Shown: positions 43,543 to 49,722 of the stretch, piece after piece
Numbering within the stretch: the stretch's first letter is position 1
How the letters are laid out: every line of letters begins with the position of its first letter
IMG/VR virus record: IMGVR_UViG_3300045747_000037
Span: 1-49,722 of that record
From: a virus
Reading direction: 5' to 3' (one strand)
DNA: 49,722 bases
Notes under the pieces: model-generated
The model's database searches: none
Seen by the model: the letters and a program-made list of their open reading frames with translations, nothing else
What the model was told of the DNA's origin: nothing
Program-made: the position numbers and the translations under genes

Positions 43543-44343
43543 TTATATTAGATGTTCTCTTAACTCTTTTGGAGAGCACTGTTTAGGCTCTTTATCTGTA
43601 GCGTATATCGCTATCTTGGTGTTACTTAAGAAGTGTGTTAGTTGGTGTTGTGCTTTGATAGCTCCTTTAATACCTGCTTCATCTGGATCTAACCATATAA
43701 AGATAACGTCAAACTTCAATTCATGTATCTGTAGTAGTGTTCTATCTGTTATAGATGTTCTTAGTAACGCTACTGAGCTAAAGAGTGTGTCTCTAGCTAC
43801 CCTATATGCGCTTAGATAATCTTCAGTGATTACCAGCATATTGTTGTTCTTATTAAACCAGCTAGATTCTCCGTGGTTGGTAGTATCTGTGTAGCTGGTT
43901 AGATACTTCTGTGGTGCTCCTTTGATTAGGTTTCTTATCTGCCAGCCTATCGGCTGTTGTTGTGCATTATGTAGTTTCAAGGCTACGGAGTCTGGTCTGT
44001 GCTCCACTCCTGCGAAGTTCTCGTCAAGATGGTTGCAGTGGTACGTGGTCAACCACATCTTCCCGTGTAGGCTGATAGGAGCCGTTTTTATCGAAAGTGA
44101 GGGGTAGGGTACCACCAAGCTCTTTTCGTCGCTCCTAAGCCAATGGCGCAGTCTGGAATTGGCATCATCAGCCACTCCATGCTCTGTACAATGATGACAG
44201 TACGCAATGATCCCGGTTGAGGTACGCTTGATGTACAACCTACGCTTGTGGTCCTCTCCCGCAGGACATCCAACATGGTTCACATGGGATTGCTCTCCAA
44301 TGTTACTAGGAGCATTCTTCAATATCAAACTACGGCTAATCAC
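43543..44343 (-). CDS. DNA primase (zinc finger + TOPRIM)
   Basis: CPAGEDH...CHHC zinc motif. TOPRIM LVITEDYLSA and IWLDPDEAG. GTG start 7 nt after SD AAGGAG. Confidence 0.8.
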   Translation of the reverse strand: MISRSLILKNAPSNIGEQSHVNHVGCPAGEDHKRRLYIKRTSTGIIAYCHHCTEHGVADDANSRLRHWLRSDEKSLVVPYPSLSIKTAPISLHGKMWLTTYHCNHLDENFAGVEHRPDSVALKLHNAQQQPIGWQIRNLIKGAPQKYLTSYTDTTNHGESSWFNKNNNMLVITEDYLSAYRVARDTLFSSVALLRTSITDRTLLQIHELKFDVIFIWLDPDEAGIKGAIKAQHQLTHFLSNTKIAIYATDKEPKQCSPKELREHLI

Positions 44344-44388
44344 TTACTCTCTCCTTATTAGAATCTAGATGACAGTACCCCCTTGCGG

Positions 44389-44403
44389 AGATACTGGGTA
44401 TCT
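44389..44403 (-). promoter_or_regulatory. Small hairpin between the AAA+ and primase genes, flanked by a TAGAATCTA direct repeat
   Basis: AGATAC-TGG-GTATCT. TAGAATCTA occurs twice in 44359-44411. Confidence 0.35.
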
Positions 44404-44411
44404 AGAATCTA

Positions 44412-45545
44412 TTAGACAGTAGTACCGTAGATCTTAGTGAATAACTCGGAAGCTACCTTACGTTGAGTATCATTGAGCTTATTGAGATAAGCCAAGGTAT
44501 ATGCTTGGAGAAGAGTATCTCCATTACCAAGCTTACGACAGATACTAAAGAGGGTACGAGGTGAGAATGTCAGGTTAAACTGACCTGCTTTATAGCCTTG
44601 ACGAATCAAGTTAGCGAGTTTCACCAATTCCTTAGCAGCTTTGGGAGATACTACGTGTCCCCATTTGCTTTTAATCATCTTTTCCTCCACGGTACTAGGA
44701 AGGTAATCAACGTAAACACAAGTGCCAAAACGGTCAAGGGTTGCACTGTTCTGAACGTTGGTACCTGCATGTGCTCCTGTGTCATCTCCTTGCCCTTGAG
44801 TGTTGCCGATAGCAACAATCCGAAAGAACTCGTGAGTAGAGATCATCTTGTCCTTGGCAGAACCGGGCATCTCTTTTAAGAAGAGCTTGCCATTGTCCTC
44901 CAAAAGCCACTGTAAGCCCATCGAAATTTCAGCAGGAGTCACATCCCACTCATCCCAAGCGAATACAGCACCATGACGAACAGCTTCAGTCACAACACCA
45001 TCTACCCAATGAGTAGAGCCATCCTTGGCAGTGAGTTGACCAAAGATCATTGATGAGTCCATGTCACCTGTGCAGTTCACACGGATGTAAGGCCGATAGG
45101 TGTGAGCACACAGTTGTTCAATCAATGAAGATTTACCAGCACCAGTAGGACCATAGCAAAGCACCTTCTCATCCAGTTCCCAAGCCTTCAAGATGCTAGA
45201 TGCCAACTGTGGGTCAATGATATATTGCTTGTCAATCTCTGGAACAAACGAAGCAATCGCAAGGTTCCAAGAGTAGTCTTTGAAGCAACTTACAGCAAAG
45301 TCTTGGGCAGTTCCACCCTTAACGATGTCCGAAAAGTAGATTTGGTTGTCTGCTTTGGGTATTGGTTTAGAAGGAAGAACAACAGCAGTGGGAACTTCTA
45401 CGATTGTTGGTTTACCGTCTACCTCTTCAATGGCTAGGGAGTGTTCCATGCCAATGTCAGCACTCTTCTTACGTTTTTCCATAGCTTCTCTCAAAGCAAC
45501 TTTAACAAGGTCTTCGACCTTAGGGGATTTCAGTTCATCACTCAT
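44412..45545 (-). CDS. AAA+ ATPase, CobS/MoxR-like
   Basis: Walker A CYGPTGAGKSS, Walker B VFAWDEWD, and sensor regions. Overlaps the vWA gene by ATGA. Confidence 0.8.
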   Translation of the reverse strand: MSDELKSPKVEDLVKVALREAMEKRKKSADIGMEHSLAIEEVDGKPTIVEVPTAVVLPSKPIPKADNQIYFSDIVKGGTAQDFAVSCFKDYSWNLAIASFVPEIDKQYIIDPQLASSILKAWELDEKVLCYGPTGAGKSSLIEQLCAHTYRPYIRVNCTGDMDSSMIFGQLTAKDGSTHWVDGVVTEAVRHGAVFAWDEWDVTPAEISMGLQWLLEDNGKLFLKEMPGSAKDKMISTHEFFRIVAIGNTQGQGDDTGAHAGTNVQNSATLDRFGTCVYVDYLPSTVEEKMIKSKWGHVVSPKAAKELVKLANLIRQGYKAGQFNLTFSPRTLFSICRKLGNGDTLLQAYTLAYLNKLNDTQRKVASELFTKIYGTTV

Positions 45546-47362
45546 GTTAGTAACCTCTTTTCTATTAACTCTAACAACTTATTCGGAATTTCTGATGGCT
45601 CATTGACTACTGACCGATGCTTGTAGTACGTACTAACTGCAGTACTGCACAAACCTAATCCGTAAATATCAACCAGTTTATCTTTCTCTATCTCTTGGAT
45701 AACCTGTAATGTGAATCTCTCTACGCCCAGAGTACTGCCAGATGCACAAGGCTCACCATCTGACATAACTATGAACAGTCGCTTCTTCTCCTTTCGTTTG
45801 AGTAACCTGTCGTAAGACCAGAGTATGTTCTCACCATCTGGATTACCTGTCATAAAATGGCTAGCCTTACTAAAGTAACTAACCAAATCATCCGTAGTTA
45901 CTCGTAAGTTCTGGAAGTTCTTGAATATGAACATTTGAGGAACATAATCACCTAATGTTCGGTTAAACTCATCTGAGAACCCAGTAATCTCTAGTGGAAT
46001 ACCCAAGGTTGAGCACACCTCATTGAGTAACACCGTAGCTCCTATTGCGTTATAGACCTTATCACCACCCATAGAGCCTGACATATCTACCAACACAGAT
46101 ACAGCAGCATCAAGAGTCTTGTTTTCTATCTTCCTCTTAAATACCTTCTCATTCAAACCGGGAGCATTGAAGCAGATACGAGACAGCCTAGCTTGGTCAA
46201 GCTTTCCTTTACGGACACCGTACTCAGTCTGCACCTTAGCTCTGATTTGAATCAACCGTCTTACCTGTTGAGCAAAGTTCTCTTGGGCTACCATCTTGCT
46301 ACCAACACGGCTATTGAAGGTAGATAAAAAGCCCGGATTGGAAGCATTAAGATACCTTTCCTCACCAAGATTGTTTGGGTAGTCAACAATGCAGAAGTCT
46401 TTGTAGTCAGTTAGCTTCCATCCATCCCTGTGAAGTGCTACAGGCTCATGGTTGATACCTGTGTTAGACATCTTTGTGGGATCTCTAGGCTTAGTGATTG
46501 AGTAGCTTTCAAGGTCCTCTTCAGTCAGAACAATAGTGATAATCTCAAACTTGTCAGTCCGACTGTCATCTTCTGAAGGAGCTTTGTCTTCTCCCTCTCC
46601 ACCTTTGGATGATTTCTTTCTTGCTTCACTGTCAGCACTAGCAGGTTTACCAGTTGGTGATTCTTCATCATTCTCTTCTCCTCTATCAGATTTAACTTTG
46701 GTCTTTGTCTTATCCTCTTTCATTGGTACATCTTCAGCAAGCTTCTTGCAAATATCAACTGCTAGTTGGTAGGTAGCAGTACTTCCTATCCTCTTGTCAA
46801 GAATGCTTTGGCAATCAAGCAAACGATCAGTAAAGTTACTAAGAACATCCAAGACATCCTTCCTAGCAACAAACTTACTAGCTGCCATTTCAATAAGTGG
46901 GAACATAGAAGTATTGATACTAGCTTCCCAACATACTAGGGCAGTAATTAGAGAACCCATGACACTAGTGGTGTCTTTGCTGGTCTTGGTCAGTATCTCA
47001 GTAGTGAGATCACTGGTACTAGCGTCCCAGTTCTCTCTAAAGCCACGATACTCTCTAGCTTCAATAGCATTAACTCTGGAGTCTTCTAGGAAGTTCCAGA
47101 CATACATCAAAGCAGAATCATGAGTAACTGGCTTCTCTTTCAACACCTCAAAGGAGCTAAAGCGATCATGGGCTACTTCGTGGTCAACAGAAGCCATGAA
47201 CTCAATAAGCTGCTTATCAGTGGTAGAGCGTGTTATCTCTGGCAGATAAATGGTCTTGCCATCATGCCTAGGTTGGTTGATGTGCTCAAAGACTACTGAG
47301 AGACCAGCCCTACCTGCGCTAGCTCTACAGTATCTTTGAACCTGAATGCCATTGGTTAGCAT
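45542..47362 (-). CDS. CobT-like vWA-domain protein with an N-terminal HExxH motif and an acidic linker
   Basis: MIDAS VLVDMSGSMGG, later FIVMSDGEP. HEVAH near the N-terminus. The linker is E/D/K/S-rich (EENDEESPTGK...GEGEDKAPSEDD). Confidence 0.75.
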   Translation of the reverse strand: MLTNGIQVQRYCRASAGRAGLSVVFEHINQPRHDGKTIYLPEITRSTTDKQLIEFMASVDHEVAHDRFSSFEVLKEKPVTHDSALMYVWNFLEDSRVNAIEAREYRGFRENWDASTSDLTTEILTKTSKDTTSVMGSLITALVCWEASINTSMFPLIEMAASKFVARKDVLDVLSNFTDRLLDCQSILDKRIGSTATYQLAVDICKKLAEDVPMKEDKTKTKVKSDRGEENDEESPTGKPASADSEARKKSSKGGEGEDKAPSEDDSRTDKFEIITIVLTEEDLESYSITKPRDPTKMSNTGINHEPVALHRDGWKLTDYKDFCIVDYPNNLGEERYLNASNPGFLSTFNSRVGSKMVAQENFAQQVRRLIQIRAKVQTEYGVRKGKLDQARLSRICFNAPGLNEKVFKRKIENKTLDAAVSVLVDMSGSMGGDKVYNAIGATVLLNEVCSTLGIPLEITGFSDEFNRTLGDYVPQMFIFKNFQNLRVTTDDLVSYFSKASHFMTGNPDGENILWSYDRLLKRKEKKRLFIVMSDGEPCASGSTLGVERFTLQVIQEIEKDKLVDIYGLGLCSTAVSTYYKHRSVVNEPSEIPNKLLELIEKRLLT

Positions 47363-47815
47363 TTAAGCAGCCTCTGATTGGAAGAACACAGAGATAGCAG
47401 TCCAAACCTTGCTCTTGTGTTCTGAAGGAACACGAGTAAGCCTACCAACAAGATACTTCACCTCTGCTTCTGGATCAAACTCCTTCTCTTCAGTCTTAGC
47501 AGCTTTGATACTGTTCTGAAGAGCAGTCTTTCCATAGAAAGATCCATTGGTATCAACTAGCTTGATGTTCATCTTCATTGCTGTCTGGATAACAGACTTA
47601 CCTGATCTCCAAGGACCGGGCATTGAAGAGATCTCAAACTCCTTCTTGATGATTGCTTCAGTGTCTTTCAACTCATTCTGAAAGGTCTCCAAGGTTGAAT
47701 GACTATAAGCCACAGCAATCATCTTTTCAAATGTGCTATTGGCTGACGCATCGCTCACCAAACTTTCTGTAGCGGCTGCATAAAGAGCACTACCTACGGC
47801 TTTCTCATCTGACAT
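47363..47815 (-). CDS. Hypothetical protein (150 aa)
   Basis: SD GGAGA before ATG 47815. Its stop abuts the vWA gene start. Confidence 0.6.
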   Translation of the reverse strand: MSDEKAVGSALYAAATESLVSDASANSTFEKMIAVAYSHSTLETFQNELKDTEAIIKKEFEISSMPGPWRSGKSVIQTAMKMNIKLVDTNGSFYGKTALQNSIKAAKTEEKEFDPEAEVKYLVGRLTRVPSEHKSKVWTAISVFFQSEAA

Positions 47816-47845
47816 GGTTATCTCCAATAAAGGCAGGATTGCCTC

Positions 47846-47875
47846 ATTAGTCTGCTAAGTTAATAACAGACTAAT
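47846..47875 (-). promoter_or_regulatory. 9-bp-stem hairpin between early genes
   Basis: ATTAGTCTG (47846-54) pairs with CAGACTAAT (47867-75). No U-tract follows. Confidence 0.35.
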
Positions 47876-47883
47876 AAAGTACC

Positions 47884-48084
47884 CTAATAGGAATCAAACT
47901 CAGACATCTCCCCATCATAGAACCAATTCAAGTAGGCATGGATGCCTGATTTGAAATGATTATCAAATTCACACTCTTCTTCTAACCCAGCTTGTTCTAA
48001 AGTGACCTTTTCAATTTTATCGCTTTCTTCCCAACTCATCTCATCAACGAGATCAATTGTTTCTAACTCAAGTTTTAAGCTCAT
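47884..48084 (-). CDS. Highly acidic early protein (66 aa)
   Basis: SD AAGGAG before ATG 48084. About 19 D/E against about 4 K/R. Confidence 0.55.
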   Translation of the reverse strand: MSLKLELETIDLVDEMSWEESDKIEKVTLEQAGLEEECEFDNHFKSGIHAYLNWFYDGEMSEFDSY

Positions 48085-48245
48085 AGCTAACTCCTTAATA
48101 AGTACTAACTTAACTAACACAAATAGGAAGGGACTGCCTCACGGCCCCCACTCCCAGTGGGCCGGGAGCAGGCCCGACATCTATTACATCTTTCAGCACG
48201 CAGCACGAGTGACTGAGCGAAGCGAAGGCACGAGGGATGCCTTGG

Positions 48246-48467
48246 CTATTGGGGATCATCATGCCTCTCTGTGAAGATGTCATCTTGGCATTGTTGGCAG
48301 AGACCAGAGATTTGATATTCTTTGACAGAGAACAGATTTCTAAACCCAATGATCGGTTTAGAACAGAGAGGACATTTACCAGCTTTGACAGCGGCTCTAG
48401 TTCCGGGGAACATGTGCTCAAGAGCATCTTTCATCTCTGGGGATTTATTTGACATAGGAGATTTCAT
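48246..48467 (-). CDS. Small zinc-ribbon protein
   Basis: CPLC...19 aa...CQQC. ATG 48467 is in ATGA overlap with the upstream gene. Confidence 0.5.
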   Translation of the reverse strand: MKSPMSNKSPEMKDALEHMFPGTRAAVKAGKCPLCSKPIIGFRNLFSVKEYQISGLCQQCQDDIFTERHDDPQ

Positions 48468-48706
48468 ACGTAGTCCATTTCTTTGATAAGTTGATTCCAT
48501 TGATCTTCATTGAGGATTTCAAGATCTTCAATGTCGTACAGATATTCCAACAGCATCAGTTGTGTTTTGAACACATGACGTGTTGAATCATTTGGTGGTG
48601 TAAACACACGAGCACCATATTCAAACTCTCTGTCATTAACACCACATGAGTTATCTTGTTTGATAACAGCAGTGTTACTAGGAACATGGATAAGAGCGTG
48701 GAACAT
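48464..48706 (-). CDS. Hypothetical early protein (80 aa)
   Basis: Clean frame. Contains a one-mismatch palindrome variant read V-P-S-N. Confidence 0.5.
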   Translation of the reverse strand: MFHALIHVPSNTAVIKQDNSCGVNDREFEYGARVFTPPNDSTRHVFKTQLMLLEYLYDIEDLEILNEDQWNQLIKEMDYV

Positions 48707-48798
48707 GGTTAATCCAAGTAGTATGAGAGCAGAGGAGTAATGAAGAAGATAATGAACAACAGTGTGTTGATAATCAAATCTTCAGTTACATGAGAATA

Positions 48799-48811
48799 GG
48801 GCCGTAGGCCC
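48799..48811 (-). terminator. Second hairpin (GGGCC-TAC-GGCCC on the minus strand), a weak terminator or attenuator
   Basis: 5-bp GC stem followed on the minus strand by TATTCTCAT. Confidence 0.3.
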
Positions 48812-48840
48812 ATCTGTGGTTTCATAGCGAGTATGAACAT

Positions 48841-48859
48841 AAGAAAAGGGCCGAAGCCC
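48841..48859 (-). terminator. Rho-independent terminator after the first early gene (GGGC-TTCG-GCCC + TTTTCTT on the minus strand)
   Basis: Read at 48848-48859, with a T-run on the transcribed strand from 48847 down to 48841. It lies 5 nt after stop 48865. Confidence 0.5.
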
Positions 48860-48864
48860 AATTC

Positions 48865-49122
48865 TTACTTCGTCCCGTTGTCGATCTCTGCGCTGCCGGA
48901 CTTGCGTTCCCGTGCTGCTGCGTCTGCTTTGAGATCGTTGCGAAGACCCTTGATCTCCGCAACCACTGCCAAGACCGCATCAACGCGAGGGTTGTCAAAG
49001 CGTTGGAAGTTCCATGCTGCGTTACTGAGCAACTGTTGGGCCAAGAAGACCTGCAACCCTGCTGGGATGTGATCTGTCAGATAGTTGAATTCCTTGAAGT
49101 CGAAATCGTTCTGCTGTGCCAT
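48865..49122 (-). CDS. First early protein (85 aa), function unknown
   Basis: SD AAGGAG 7 nt upstream of ATG 49122. First gene next to the non-coding control region. Confidence 0.6.
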   Translation of the reverse strand: MAQQNDFDFKEFNYLTDHIPAGLQVFLAQQLLSNAAWNFQRFDNPRVDAVLAVVAEIKGLRNDLKADAAARERKSGSAEIDNGTK

Positions 49123-49154
49123 GATAGGCTCCTTGTTGAGTTATGAGGAGGTAC

Positions 49155-49182
49155 CGCCCCCCTCACAGCGAAGCGGGGGGCG
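49155..49182. promoter_or_regulatory. GC hairpin in the early leader (CGCCCCCC / GGGGGGCG, 12-nt loop)
   Basis: Perfect 8-bp inverted repeat at 49155-62 and 49175-82. The loop carries one copy of CACAGCGAAGCG. Confidence 0.5.
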
Positions 49183-49256
49183 CGTATCGCCGAATCAACA
49201 AGGATAGTGGAGTGGCCCCGATAGCAACCGGAACACACTCATCGCTAGGCGAATGA

Positions 49257-49288
49257 CACAGCGAAGCGACAAGCGACGAAGGAGCGAC
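49257..49288. repeat. Iteron-like cluster: second CACAGCGAAGCG copy plus three AGCGAC repeats
   Basis: CACAGCGAAGCG at 49164-75 and 49257-68. AGCGAC at 49265, 49272 and 49283. Confidence 0.6.
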
Positions 49289-49595
49289 TGGCGTGAGACT
49301 AGCGCCACTACAACATAACGACATCAAACACCGCAAGGGCCACGTAACGTAAGCCGTGAATGGGATAGCAGGAATAACGATGAGACCAAGGATTACAACT
49401 GACAGTTGAGCATCTAAGGGTGCACAGAGCCTTGGCTTGACAGTGTGAACAGACGCACAAGGAACTAACGATTGATAACACTCCGTTTGTAAAGAAGGTA
49501 GGCAGGGTGAAGGAGACAAGGGTTGGAGCTACCTCAAGAAGACACACAACGGAGCAAGTGCTGTAAGCGTAGGATCGACGAACGAGGAGTGGGTA

Positions 49596-49722
49596 AGGGG
49601 TAGGTACTGTGGTGGTGAAATAATCGCTCGTATGTGAGTTTAGTGGGCAGTGGTAAGTTGTTGATTAGTAACGCTGTGCAATGAGCACTACATTTCAATA
49701 ATAATTGAAGTGTTGTAGTGTT
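49596..49722. repeat. Terminal direct repeat, right copy (identical to 1..127)
   Basis: AGGGGTAGGTACTGTGGTGG...GTGTTGTAGTGTT matches the window start base for base. Confidence 0.95.

Noticed and set aside
48121-48245. A possible tRNA or small RNA gene in the GC-rich early spacer (GCTCAGT-like string, GGGCC/GGCCC helices)
   Set aside because: I could find no T-loop (GTTCRANYC) and no cloverleaf of correct spacing on either strand. It may still be a regulatory RNA or processing site. tRNAscan/Infernal should confirm.
48110-48427. A 105-aa minus-strand ORF across the 48121-48245 gap
   Set aside because: It conflicts in frame with the zinc-ribbon gene 48246-48467 and with the SD-preceded ATG 48084. 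It is probably an off-frame read through a GC-rich spacer.
48709-48840. A 43-aa hydrophobic minus-strand micro-ORF (MFILAMKPQMGLRPYSHVTEDLIINTLLFIIFFITPLLSYYLD)
   Set aside because: Its ATG directly follows the terminator U-tract with no SD, and the ORF contains the second hairpin. I kept it only as a remark in a finding.
49163-49519. A 118-aa minus-strand ORF (plus overlapping 49308-49547) in the right control region
   Set aside because: It has no SD. Its Cys/Pro/Leu/Ser-rich composition is unlike the other products, and it spans the repeat and hairpin region. I treated it as non-coding, but homology searching could overturn this.
1-49722. CRISPR arrays, integrase or lysogeny module, transposase/IS elements, rRNA
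   Set aside because: I saw no regularly spaced direct repeats, no tyrosine- or serine-recombinase motifs, no repressor/Cro pair and no transposase-like ORF. The only mobile-element candidates are the two HNH genes.

Overview
The window is a complete, tightly packed dsDNA phage genome of about 49.6 kb. Bases 1-127 are repeated exactly at 49596-49722, so it is either a circular assembly or a genome with short terminal repeats. It has two convergent arms. The plus-strand arm (664-35499) carries terS-like, terL, portal, GroES-like co-chaperonin, scaffold and a Mu gpT-like major capsid gene. It continues with a large receptor-binding set: an HSH-repeat fibre, a beta-helix tailspike and a LamG+SPRY protein. 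After these come P22 gp4/gp10-like adaptor and hub, three ejection/internal proteins including a 1789-aa giant, a PurD-like ATP-grasp protein, and a lysis cassette with an embedded o-spanin. The minus-strand arm (49122 down to 35642) carries small early genes, a CobT-like vWA / CobS-like AAA+ pair, and a T7-type replisome (split primase and DnaB-like helicase, family-A DNA polymerase, SSB-like protein, FEN-type 5'-3' exonuclease, T7 endonuclease I homologue). It ends in a chain of ATGA-coupled small genes. I recognised no RNA polymerase, integrase, tRNA or CRISPR array. About 1.1 kb of non-coding, hairpin- and repeat-rich DNA separates the two arms across the circular junction. The signals most worth follow-up are listed here. 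(1) A perfect 12-bp palindrome, GTTACTAGTAAC, has 8 exact copies plus two recurring single-substitution derivatives, and is almost always read as Val-Thr-Ser-Asn when coding. (2) A glycosyltransferase + SAM-methyltransferase pair is translationally coupled to a Ser/Thr/Asn/Gly-rich fibre gene. (3) A PurD-like ATP-grasp gene sits in the ejection-protein module. (4) The 1789-aa virion protein contains an HExxH motif. (5) An AAA+/vWA pair heads the replication operon. (6) A LamG-SPRY fusion shows a compositional junction at the domain boundary. All functional calls come from motif and pattern recognition by eye, with no database search.
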